A stretch of DNA of 64,000 nt from an uncultured bacterium (lineage in GTDB: Bacteria > Acidobacteriota > HRBIN11 > JAKEFK01), in contig CAVYSN010000022.1 in the NCBI GenBank assembly GCA_963771165.1, positions 40,305 to 104,304 on the forward strand. The letters are read 5' to 3'. Positions within the stretch are counted from its first letter, which is position 1. Each line of letters begins with the position of its first letter. A program made the position numbers and the translations under genes. Below, in pieces: positions 20,535 to 30,248 of this stretch. Under the pieces are notes generated by a model, which worked only from the letters and a program-made list of their open reading frames with translations, was not told the origin of the DNA and ran no database searches.

Positions 20535-21290
20535 ATGAATGTGACCTGTACGCAATGCGGTGGTTCTGTTGCTGTTGATCCAACGACTCCCTTTTTGAAT
20601 TGTAACTACTGCAGTTCCGCTTTGTATCTTGACAAATCAAAAGTCGTTTTCCATTTTGTTGTCAGCCCAACGATCGCAATGGATGAAGCGCTGGGGAAAC
20701 TTCGGCGCTGGATGGCGGGTAATGAAACCGTGAAGGATCTGGACAAACTGGCAACGATCCAAAATCAGGAACTGCTGTATTTTCCGATGTGGCGTTTTGT
20801 TGTCCGGGACGATACAGGAGAGCACGAATTCAGCGAGCCGGCATCTTCCTCTTCCATTGCCGATTTACGAAGACTACCTCTTTCAGGCGGCAACCTGAAG
20901 TTTTTCTCACCAACCCAATTCCAGGGAATGCCGTTGAAAGAGCCGGATGTTCTTCTCGATTCCGCAGCGCAGTGGTTACAAACGGAAAAAGGAGCGGCGC
21001 GGGAAAATATTAAGGAAACGAACTTGATCCATGTTCCCTTCTACATTTTCAAATATCAATTCGGCGGAAAGGACTATCAGGCGGTCATAGACGGCACGAC
21101 CGGACGGGTCCTGGCATCCATATTTCCCGCTAAGGCGGAGCTGCCTTTTATCGGTATTGCCGTATTGTCCGCGTTTGTATTCTTAATAGTGGGATGGATC
21201 GCTCCAAATGTGTGGATCCGATTTGTCCTTTATCTGATTGCGGTGGTTCCGCTCTCAATTGTTAGCTACGTGATTGTGAAAAAATACTGA
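20535..21290 (+). CDS. Zinc-ribbon membrane protein 1
   Basis: CTQCG...CNYC, YFPMWRF, HVPFY..Y...Y..IDG.TG, two C-terminal TM helices; start 20535 (upstream ORF part is repeat DNA). Confidence 0.8.
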   Translation: MNVTCTQCGGSVAVDPTTPFLNCNYCSSALYLDKSKVVFHFVVSPTIAMDEALGKLRRWMAGNETVKDLDKLATIQNQELLYFPMWRFVVRDDTGEHEFSEPASSSSIADLRRLPLSGGNLKFFSPTQFQGMPLKEPDVLLDSAAQWLQTEKGAARENIKETNLIHVPFYIFKYQFGGKDYQAVIDGTTGRVLASIFPAKAELPFIGIAVLSAFVFLIVGWIAPNVWIRFVLYLIAVVPLSIVSYVIVKKY

Positions 21291-22279
21291 TGAGTGAAAT
21301 CATTTTACGCGGCGTTAGCTGCCCTTCCTGCGCCGGAAGCCTGGAAGTTGCGGAGGGAACAACCCTTCTGAATTGCCAGTTTTGCGGTGCAGGATTGATG
21401 GTCCTGGGCGACCGTGGGTTATCGCGGTATTACGTTCCGATCTCCATTGCGAAAGAACAGGTCTTGGAAAAGATTCAAGCATGGTTCCGTAAAATTGACA
21501 AAGCTCCCGATTTGCGAAAAGAAGCAAAAATCACAGAAATGTTTCCGGTTTTTATTCCATTCTGGCGAGTCCGGGCAACCGTCATCGGCTGGGTTCTTGG
21601 AGATGTCAAACAGGGATCGGGCAAGAACAAAACATACAAGCCGGTCGAACGTCACGTGCACCAGGATTATGAATTCACAACTCCTGCGTGTGACATTGGT
21701 GAATTCGGAGTCAAATGGGTCGATCTGAAGGGAGATGAAATACGCTCTTTTGATTTGGAAACTGTTCAAAGTCATGGCATGACGTTTGGAGTCATGACAA
21801 CGCCCACCGAAACGATCAAACTTTGTGAACAGCACGTTCATTGAATGGGGCGAAAAATCTGCAGGAGTGGATCGAAAGACTTTCAGCCGTCTGCACCAGA
21901 TCGGTTCGAACTGCGAACTTGTTTATTACCCGTTGTGGGTCACCCGCTATGATTACAAGAACAGGATTTACCAGATCACTGCAGATGCCGAAAGCGGTCA
22001 ATTATTGTACGGTCAGAGCACCCGGGAACAATCTATATCGCGTTGGATGGCTGATGGGAAGCATTTTTACGGGTGATTTTATTCTTAACCACCGGATTGC
22101 GGGGCGGGGTTGATGACAACATCGTGGTCTTTTTCATTGGAGCCATCCTGATCATGGCGTACGGTTATGGTAAGTACCGCCATGGCGGAGAAATGAAAAT
22201 TGAACAAAAAGATAAGATGAAATCCGATCTGGCTTCTCAACTTTTCGACCAGGTCAAAATCGGACTCAAACGATCATGA
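21290..22279 (+). CDS. Zinc-ribbon membrane protein 2 (three +1 frameshifts at ~21833, ~22014, ~22087)
   Basis: CPSCA...CQFCG, FIPFWRV, YYPLW..RY.Y..R.Y....DA.SG; removing 3 single bases gives one 328-aa ORF paralogous to protein 1. Confidence 0.75.
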
Positions 22280-22897
22280 ACAAAGGGATCCAGCTCATTT
22301 CGTTGCGCTGTTCAAAATGCAGTCAGCAGCTTTCCGGCGGCAAAAAAAGCCTCGTTTTGTATTGCTCTGCCTGCGGAACAGGATTTGAGATCGTCCGCCA
22401 GCAGGAGCTGGTCTTGACGCCGGTTTACTTTGCCAGAAAAGTCAAGACGGATTCAGCCTTCCTACCCTTCTGGGCGTTTGATTCCACTTTGCAGCTTGCA
22501 GAACGGAAAGGAAAAGGCGGCTTTTTCAGCAGCCCGCAAGGACTTGCTCACATGTTCGGACAACGGCAAAGCGATTCGATTTTATGTGGCCGCCTTTCAG
22601 GCGGATTTAGGCTCCAAAAGTCCAGTCGGCTTAAAGCTAACCTATGAGCAGCCGGATCTGGAATTCTTGCATCCGCAAGAAAAACTTCCAACTGTGGAAA
22701 TATCGCAGGAAGACGCCAAAAAGATCGCGGACTATCAACTGATCTCGAGCGAAATCGAGCAGAAAGACACGCTCCGCACATTGGAATATCAACTCAGCCT
22801 TCAAAACCCCATGTTGATGGCCATCGCTTGTAGAGTTAAGTGTAGGGCTCTCTCGCAACGCAAATTGGCGCTCAGCGCCAAGAGTGCGCAAGGTTGA
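22276..22897 (+). CDS. Zinc-ribbon protein 3 (one +1 frameshift at ~22558; 3' end uncertain)
   Basis: CSKC...CSACG, FLPFWAF; ATGA overlap with previous gene. Confidence 0.7.
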
Positions 22898-22937
22898 ATC
22901 CTTTGACAGCGTCGTTCGTTTATATAAGACTGAACAT

Positions 22938-23534
22938 ATGAACGAGCCTGCATCGGATGAAGTATTGATGTTGCGCTATAAAGATGGAGATTTGAGCGCT
23001 TTCGAAGTCATCATCGAGAAGCATCAACAGCCGTTGTTTTCCTTCGTTTATCGCTTCTGCAATGATTATCATCAGGCTCAAGATCTTGTTCAGGATGTTT
23101 TTTTACGATTGGTTAAAATGTCGAAAAATTACGAACCACGGGCGAAATTTACGACCTATCTCTATACGATCGCGCATAATGCATGCATCGATCATATTCG
23201 CCGCAAGAAACGAAGAATCACCGTATCGCTATCCGATCACGTGGATGCGGAAAACCAGATGACTCTGGAGGACACTATGAAGGATGAACGCGCGAATCCT
23301 CAGCGCGATTTTCAGCAAAAAAGCTTCGAACAAGCGCTCCACCAGGCCGTCGAAGATTTGCCTCCGGAACAGCGGGAAGTATTCTTATTGAGAGAGCAAC
23401 AAAATCTCGCGTTTGATGAAATCGCGCGAATTGTTGGATGCTTACCGAGCACGGCAAAGAGCCGGATGAGGTATGCTCTTCAAAGCATCCGGGAGAGGTT
23501 GCAAAATAAGTTCTCATTGGCAGATATTGTATGA
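22938..23534 (+). CDS. ECF RNA polymerase sigma factor
   Basis: AQDLVQDVFL, FTTYLY.IAHN.CID, LP.EQREVF.L, STAKSRMRYA. Confidence 0.95.
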   Translation: MNEPASDEVLMLRYKDGDLSAFEVIIEKHQQPLFSFVYRFCNDYHQAQDLVQDVFLRLVKMSKNYEPRAKFTTYLYTIAHNACIDHIRRKKRRITVSLSDHVDAENQMTLEDTMKDERANPQRDFQQKSFEQALHQAVEDLPPEQREVFLLREQQNLAFDEIARIVGCLPSTAKSRMRYALQSIRERLQNKFSLADIV

Positions 23535-24682
23535 ACATGAATTGTAAAAAAGCGGAAGAATACCTGGTCGATTATCTTTATCAGGAACTTCCTGCTAAAA
23601 AAACGCTGGAGATTGAGAAGCATCTTCGAGGTTGCAGTCATTGCAATAGCACTCTGGAAAGCTGGCGCGCGATTCACCGCGCTTATCAACGCAGCGCGGA
23701 AGAGCCCCAGATTGCCCCTTACACGAAGCAAAAGATTCTTGCTCTGGCGGAAGAGGAACTTTTACGCGCTCCATCCTGGAGAGAGAGATTTCTGTGGGGA
23801 CTCAAAATTGCAACGGTTCCGATAGCGATCTTTATTCTGGTTCTTTTTTTGAATACCAAAGAAAAGAGAACGGATCTCGCAATGCAGAAGGAAGTGGCGC
23901 CGTCCGCACCGGTCAGCCAAACCGAAAAATTTGAAGAGACAGCAGCGAAACCGCAACCGAATCAGAGTTTAGACGGTCTGAGATCAACTGAGCTTGCCGA
24001 CTCCGAAGCAACCGAGCCAAAAAGAAGGGAACAGGAATCGGTTTCCATCGATGCATTGTCGTCCCGTTTGAAAGAGGAGCGATCGGATAAAGATGATGCA
24101 GAGAAGAAGAAGGATGCAGTCGGTTATGCCAGTCCTTATGGAGCGGCCCCTCCATCCGCGCCATCGGCTAGCGCCCCCCAGGAAGTAGCGCGGGAAAATG
24201 ACTACCGGGATGAAGTCGCCCAGAATGAGCCCTCGCAGAAGGCAGCAAGGATCTCGGCAGTATCCAAGAATGCGGCGGACGAGCCCTTTGAACAGGCACA
24301 GCAGAGTCTTCAAAACAAAGATCTGAAAGAGGGTCAGGATCTTCTTCGCATGGCGATTTCTAACGATCCACAGAAAACTTTAGCAGGGAAACTTCATCAA
24401 AAAGGAATTTCCTACCAAAATAAGGGTGAGTATGTGAATGCCATCATGCAGTATGAGCAGGTTCCCACCAATTACAGAGATTACGCAAAGATGGATGACG
24501 TGCTGCTAAGGCTCGGTGATTCCTATGCTGAAGTTGGTCAATTTGATAATGCCGTAAAAGCGTACAACCAGGTATCACGCGACCAGCAAAAAGTAGCGCG
24601 GGAACGGATTCAGCGCCTCCAAAAAAAGCAGGAAGCCGAAGAGCAACTACGGTCGCTTGGCTACGTGGGTGAGAAAGAGTAA
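23531..24682 (+). CDS. Zinc-binding anti-sigma factor (zf-HC2) with TM helix, low-complexity linker and C-terminal TPR
   Basis: HLRGCSHC ZAS motif, single TM, TPR-like helices; ATGA overlap with sigma. Confidence 0.88.
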   Translation: MNMNCKKAEEYLVDYLYQELPAKKTLEIEKHLRGCSHCNSTLESWRAIHRAYQRSAEEPQIAPYTKQKILALAEEELLRAPSWRERFLWGLKIATVPIAIFILVLFLNTKEKRTDLAMQKEVAPSAPVSQTEKFEETAAKPQPNQSLDGLRSTELADSEATEPKRREQESVSIDALSSRLKEERSDKDDAEKKKDAVGYASPYGAAPPSAPSASAPQEVARENDYRDEVAQNEPSQKAARISAVSKNAADEPFEQAQQSLQNKDLKEGQDLLRMAISNDPQKTLAGKLHQKGISYQNKGEYVNAIMQYEQVPTNYRDYAKMDDVLLRLGDSYAEVGQFDNAVKAYNQVSRDQQKVARERIQRLQKKQEAEEQLRSLGYVGEKE

Positions 24683-25529
24683 CCCCTTCGCTGGCAAATC
24701 TGGGGTTTGCCTCGCATTCCTACTCATTCTTTTCGGATGCACGCCAAAAATCCAAAAGCTTGAGATCGTTCGGATTGGAAACTTGCGGTTGGATTCGGTT
24801 ACACCGGAAATCGTCACGTTGCGCGCAGAACTCGCAATCAAGAATCCTTATGGTTCTTCCGCCCGATTAAAAAACATCAGTTTCGATCTTGCACTCACGG
24901 ATCGCTTCATCGCTTATGGAAAACGTAACGCCTCTACGGAAGTGAAGGCTGGATCTGTTGCGATTCTTGATGTACCGCTTGCGCTTCAATGTAAGCAGGT
25001 TACAGAACAAGACTTCGCTTCCCTGTTTTCACCGGAGATTCCGTACCGCCTTCAAGGTTCCGCGATTCTTGAAGAGCCATTCGGACCTCGAACGCTCCCG
25101 ATTGAGATTCGAAATCGAATCAAAGCACCGGATCGCTTACAGATTTTTCTTCAGGACAAGACAGCTTCAGCCATCCTTTCCCTCGACCGGTTTGAGACTC
25201 GACAATTTCTCTCCATGATCCGCAATCGAAAGCTGAAAGTGCGGTTCAACAACCCCTTCTCGTTTCCATTGATCATCCATGACTTCCGGTACGAAGTGAA
25301 ACTCGCAAATCAGGTTGTGGCGGATGGAGAATCGGAGAGTCCGTTGCCACTTTCGCCAGGGCAAAACCGCCTGGAGTTGGATATTCATACCAAACCGGTG
25401 AACGCATTGGAGGGTCTATTCAAAGGTTTTCTCGATAAGCAAATGCCGGACATGAGCCTCTCATCGGAATTCCGAATTGTACGGGAAAACCGCGATCTCA
25501 TTGTGCGGTTGATCTACATCCCTGATTAA
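24657..25529 (+). CDS. LEA type 2/WHy-domain lipoprotein (tandem domains)
   Basis: Lipobox LFGC; IKNPY and FNNPF 'NPN'-like motifs in two repeats. Confidence 0.75.
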   Translation: MATWVRKSNPFAGKSGVCLAFLLILFGCTPKIQKLEIVRIGNLRLDSVTPEIVTLRAELAIKNPYGSSARLKNISFDLALTDRFIAYGKRNASTEVKAGSVAILDVPLALQCKQVTEQDFASLFSPEIPYRLQGSAILEEPFGPRTLPIEIRNRIKAPDRLQIFLQDKTASAILSLDRFETRQFLSMIRNRKLKVRFNNPFSFPLIIHDFRYEVKLANQVVADGESESPLPLSPGQNRLELDIHTKPVNALEGLFKGFLDKQMPDMSLSSEFRIVRENRDLIVRLIYIPD

Positions 25530-25667
25530 CTCAAACCACCAAGACACCGAAGAAACCAAGAAGAAAGAAATTTATTTTTGGTAAGTGTGACACTCTTGGC
25601 GTTTTGGCGATTGGATTTAAATCTTTTCGTTCGGCCGCCCGTTTATAACCAGTGGAGGGTCAAACGT

Positions 25668-27069
25668 ATGAAAAAGCCAATATGGATCGTCGGTTTATTC
25701 ATCGCAATTGCAACAATTGCTCTTGTTTATGCAACCCAAAATAATTCCTTGAAGTCAGGTCCGGTCATCGGGAAGAAGTTCATTCCTAAACATTCAAATA
25801 CTCATGGAAATGTTTTAGTCGAATGGAAGTTGGCCAATCCGTATATGTTTCGTCAGGACGGACTGGGGGATGCCTTTCTGGATTTGCGAGTCACAGGAAA
25901 GAACATGGCCGGTTCGGAAAGAAAACCAATGAACCTGGTTCTTGTCATCGATCGAAGCGGCTCGATGGCAGATGAAGGGAAACTGGAACAGGTCAAACAG
26001 GCAGCCGCGGCCATAGTGAACCAGATGAACTCAAAAGACAGGCTTGGGATTGTAATTTACGACGACGTTGTAAACACGATCCTTCCTTCTTCAGCTGTCG
26101 AAAATACGGAAACGATCCGCGAACTCCTGTACTCTCTCTCACCCGGCGGCAGCACAAATCTGGCGGGTGGATTGCAGCAAGGATTTGAAGAAGCTCGCAA
26201 AAACTTCCGCGCGGATCATGTGAATCGTGTCATTTTACTCTCAGATGGCCTCGCGAATGTCGGCATCATCGATCCCGCACAAATCGCGGCACTGGCACAG
26301 AGAATCCGGGAACGTTCCGTCTCGATTTCCACAATGGGAGTTGGAATCGATTTTAACGAGACCTTAATGGCAAATGTCGCCGATCATAGCGGCGGCAATT
26401 ACTACTACATTAGTAAGGAAGTCAATATGGCGGACATCTTCCGCCGCGAATGGAATCTAATGCAAAGCCTGGTCGCAAATAATGCTCTGGCAACACTCGA
26501 ACTCGCCAACGGAGTAGAAGTGGCCGACGTGGCAGGCTTCCAGTGGAGAGCGGCAAAGAGGACAGCTGAGCATACAGGTTCCGGATATTTACAGTGGGGA
26601 AACGAAACGAATACTCATCCATCTGCGCGCACCGGCAAATGTGAAGAGTATGGTGGCGTTAGGCAAAGCCGAATTTACTTATACGGACATCACGCAGGAT
26701 AAGCCGCAAACGGTTGCCCAGTCATTCACACCTTCCATAGAAGTCATCGAGGACCGGAAGGTTGTTGCCGCCAACTACGACCGCGAGGTTCAATCCAAGG
26801 TCGCGGCTGTGGAAGCCAGCAAGAAAATGGAAGAGGCCTATCGCAGGCTGGAAGAAGGGGACAAAGACGGAGCGCACGAAATCGCTCAGGAGACTCTCTT
26901 CGAACTAAAGGCGTTGGGGTACGCGGGTAATGAAAAACAGATCACGCGTTACGACACCTTCGTGAATGACCTTGGTGCGCCGGCTCCCATGGCGCCGGGT
27001 CGTCAAAAGGACATTCTGAAAAAACAAAAAGCAGCAGACCGTAACGCACAGCAGTCAACTTCTCAATGA
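25668..27069 (+). CDS. vWA domain protein (YfbK-like), secreted/anchored; +1 frameshift at ~26552
   Basis: MIDAS DRSGSM, GGSTN, LSDGLANVG; removing one base joins both ORFs into 466 aa. Confidence 0.85.
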
Positions 27070-27082
27070 GTGAGGTGGGCCG

Positions 27083-28090
27083 ATGTGGATACTTGATTCA
27101 CTTTCAGAAGTTCATCTGAGGAAGCCTTTTTTAGTCCTTTGGATTACGCTGGGAGCAGTATTTCTGCTCCTGGCGACTTTCTTTTCACGCAACGGGCTGT
27201 ATCATCCGGCTACATTTTCGGCGCTCGCTGTGTGCGTGTGGCTCCTGTGGCAAAAGGAACGAACGCGCTGGAATGCCTTGATTGTCCCGGGCATGGCGGC
27301 GGCCTCGTTTTTGCTCGTTCCTGATTACCTGTTTCTATTCTGTTTAGTTTTCACTCTGGCGGTTGGAAAGGTTGTGTTTGCGGAAAATTTCAGAATCTGG
27401 AAATGGCTTGCGTCTTCAAGCCTGTTTTTCCTGACTTTTCCAATCGTGGATTCCTGGCAGGGAATTCCAGAGCTTCAAAAGCTTCTGCCGGTTCCGTTGA
27501 CTCATTTGATTCACGCCGCGGTGCTCGCCTTCTGTATTCAATTTTCCTTGCTGTCCTTTCAGCTCCGAAAGGATTCCGTGATCGAAGCATTCGACCATTA
27601 CGCCTGGAAAACATCCGGCGATGCACTCCGGCTTGCGACAGAAAGTGTCGCTCTTTATACGAAAATTAAAACCATGATGAAGACAAAAGAGCCCAACGTA
27701 AGGATCCAACAGGATCTGGAAGACTACACGGAACGCGTTCTTCATCAATGCTATCGGCTGCAGGAAACCACAACCGAGATCTCGAATGTTCCACTGAACT
27801 CGCTGGAACAACAGATTTCCTTTTTGAAGGACAGACTTCAGTCGGTACAGGATTTTGCAACGAGGATGCAGTATGAACAAGCGCTCCATAACAAGGAGAA
27901 GCAGCTCGAACATTACGAGACTTTACTGATGCAGCAGGAGCGTTTGCTTTCGCAGATCATCAACTACAATTCCTCTCTGGAAAACGTTCGTTTTGCCTAC
28001 GCGAATCAGGACTGGCAAAGGTCCTCCGGGTCCAGTGAGAACATTGAAATGTTCATGGATCTTGTCAGAGCGCGTGCGGAAGCGTTGTAA
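27083..28090 (+). CDS. Hypothetical membrane protein with C-terminal coiled coil
   Basis: About 5-6 N-terminal TM segments then Q/E/L-rich helical region. Confidence 0.75.
   Translation: MWILDSLSEVHLRKPFLVLWITLGAVFLLLATFFSRNGLYHPATFSALAVCVWLLWQKERTRWNALIVPGMAAASFLLVPDYLFLFCLVFTLAVGKVVFAENFRIWKWLASSSLFFLTFPIVDSWQGIPELQKLLPVPLTHLIHAAVLAFCIQFSLLSFQLRKDSVIEAFDHYAWKTSGDALRLATESVALYTKIKTMMKTKEPNVRIQQDLEDYTERVLHQCYRLQETTTEISNVPLNSLEQQISFLKDRLQSVQDFATRMQYEQALHNKEKQLEHYETLLMQQERLLSQIINYNSSLENVRFAYANQDWQRSSGSSENIEMFMDLVRARAEAL
28040..28090 (+). repeat. 51-bp direct repeat, copy 1 (3' end of gene 27083-28090)
   Basis: 47/51 identical to 30118-30168. Confidence 0.85.
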
Positions 28091-28271
28091 CCGCCAGGAC
28101 CGAGCGGGTGGGAAGTAAATCTGTGAGTGATAAGGTCCTGCCGACCCACAGGAATACGGATGTCCGCCGGAATTACTGCCATGGACTGCGCAGCATGTTG
28201 AACCAGATCGCGACGATATACTATGATCTTGTTTGACCCGTGAAAGCCGAAACGGATCGGAATTTATCTAA

Positions 28272-30086
28272 TTGTCACTTTCAACCCCTGTAGCCTTTCT
28301 GATTTTTAATCGTCCTGATTTAACAGAGATTGTCTTCAAAGCGATCGCAAAGGCTCGCCCGAAACAATTGCTGGTGGTAGCCGACGGTCCGCGCTCGCCC
28401 GAAGAGGCTGAAAAATGCCTGCAAACCAGAGCCGTGATTGAGCGTGTGGATTGGGACTGCGAAATTCTGTGCAATTTTTCTGAAGTGAATCTGGGGTGTA
28501 AACGCCGTGTCGCAAGCGGCATCGATTGGGTGTTTTCGCAAACAGAGGAAGCGATCATTTTGGAGGATGATTGTCTGCCTGACCCTTCTTTCTTTGAATT
28601 CTGTCAAATATTACTGAAGCATTATCGTGAAGACGAGCGCATAATGCACATCAACGGAGGCAACTTCTTATTCAATCAAATCCCTATTGGAGATAGCTAC
28701 TATTTCTCCAGATACAATTTTGGCGGTTACGGTTGGGCTTCGTGGAGTAGAGCCTGGCAGAATATTGATTTAGACTTGAAATCATGGCCAGATTCTAAGG
28801 AGAAAAAGTTTCTTGAAAAGGTTTTTGAAGACCCTTATGAACAAAACTATTGGCAGAAATTGCTAAATAAAACGTTTAACGGGGAGATCGATACTTGGGA
28901 TTTTCAATGGTTCTATGCTTGTTGGGCAAAAGGCGGTTTGGCAATAACCCCCCATGTGAATCTTGTTTCCAATCTTGGATTTCGCCCTGATGCCACGCAT
29001 ACAAATACTCCTTTTGAAAGAACGTATCTAGCCGATATGCCTAGAGGAAAAATCGCGGACATCGTTCACCCGCAATCTGTCCTCAGGCACAAAGAAGCGG
29101 ATAAACATACCTTCGAAACCTATTTTGGGCGGAATAACCTCAACCAGAAGAGGCAATCGGCATTTGTTGAAAAAGCGAACTCCATGTCAAGGCCTCAGGT
29201 AGCCGTTCTGGTCCCTACGTACAACCGTTGGCACGAGGCGCGTGTGACGCTTTCTCTGCTGTTGCAAAGCGACTATGAAAATCTAGAGATCATTCTTATC
29301 GAAGATGGCTGTAGCGATGACACGGTTGAAAATTCCAAAAAAGAATTTCCCGGTCTCACTGTTTTGCACGGCGAAGGTAATCTCTGGTGGAGCGGCGCGA
29401 TTAATAAAGGCTTAAATTATGCGTTAAATAAAGGCGCGGAGATAATCGTTTGGATCAATGATGACAACCATGTTGAGCCTCAGACCCTCAGGCTTATGGT
29501 AGATAGTTTCAATCGCATGGGCAAACGCAGCGTCATTTGCGCTCGAACGAAATCGACGGATACAAAAATAAAGGAATGGGTTGGCAATCCGCCGTTTTGG
29601 CATGAGGAGTCCGGCAAATGGGTTCCGCCTGCTCTGTCTTCGCCTGATATTGCAATAAAGCATCCACCCGGAGGGCGCGGCGTATTGATACCGGCGCAAT
29701 GTTTTCGAGAAATTGGTTTTGTCGATCAAAGCACCTTCCCGCATTATCATGCAGACATTGATTTTCACTACCGAGCGATGAAAGCCGGTTTCAAATATTA
29801 TCTTGCCCGTGATGCTTCTGTATGGAATGTGCCGAACGCAAAACATAAAGATAGCGCCGATCAATTCTCACTCAAATGGGCGCGGCATTTTTTATTCAGC
29901 CGACGTTCGCCGATGAATATGCTGACGCTCAGGCGGCTTCTGAAACGACATCTTTCCCCGGCAGCGTATCGAGACATCTATTTCAAACTGCTGTGGAATA
30001 CTTTAAAGTGGATGGCTTCCGGCTGGGCAACGCGAAGGCGCCTCGTTCGTAAATCGCCGCGCCATCAAACGAAGTTTGGTTCTTGA
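28272..30086 (+). CDS. Two-domain glycosyltransferase fusion (GT-A 'HlpA-like' + GT2)
   Basis: IFNRPD...ADGPR...NLGC...ILEDD...WASW...DTWDFQW, then VPTYNR...EDG.SD...LWWSGAIN...NDD...HYHADIDF. Confidence 0.88.
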   Translation: MSLSTPVAFLIFNRPDLTEIVFKAIAKARPKQLLVVADGPRSPEEAEKCLQTRAVIERVDWDCEILCNFSEVNLGCKRRVASGIDWVFSQTEEAIILEDDCLPDPSFFEFCQILLKHYREDERIMHINGGNFLFNQIPIGDSYYFSRYNFGGYGWASWSRAWQNIDLDLKSWPDSKEKKFLEKVFEDPYEQNYWQKLLNKTFNGEIDTWDFQWFYACWAKGGLAITPHVNLVSNLGFRPDATHTNTPFERTYLADMPRGKIADIVHPQSVLRHKEADKHTFETYFGRNNLNQKRQSAFVEKANSMSRPQVAVLVPTYNRWHEARVTLSLLLQSDYENLEIILIEDGCSDDTVENSKKEFPGLTVLHGEGNLWWSGAINKGLNYALNKGAEIIVWINDDNHVEPQTLRLMVDSFNRMGKRSVICARTKSTDTKIKEWVGNPPFWHEESGKWVPPALSSPDIAIKHPPGGRGVLIPAQCFREIGFVDQSTFPHYHADIDFHYRAMKAGFKYYLARDASVWNVPNAKHKDSADQFSLKWARHFLFSRRSPMNMLTLRRLLKRHLSPAAYRDIYFKLLWNTLKWMASGWATRRRLVRKSPRHQTKFGS

Positions 30087-30117
30087 TAAGCGCGAGCCGT
30101 TTGAAGAGAACTTTTTC

Positions 30118-30168
30118 AACATTGAAATATTTATGGATCTTCTCAGAACGCGTGCGGAAGCGTTGTAA
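30118..30168 (+). repeat. 51-bp direct repeat, copy 2 (orphan gene 3' end)
   Basis: Encodes NIEIFMDLLRTRAEAL* versus NIEMFMDLVRARAEAL* upstream. Confidence 0.85.
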
Positions 30169-30248
30169 GGAGCGCAGGCGTCCCAACTGCCGGTGGACCG
30201 ATTGTTTTTCCTGACTGCCGGTTTTCATTGCGATGTTACAATCCCATT

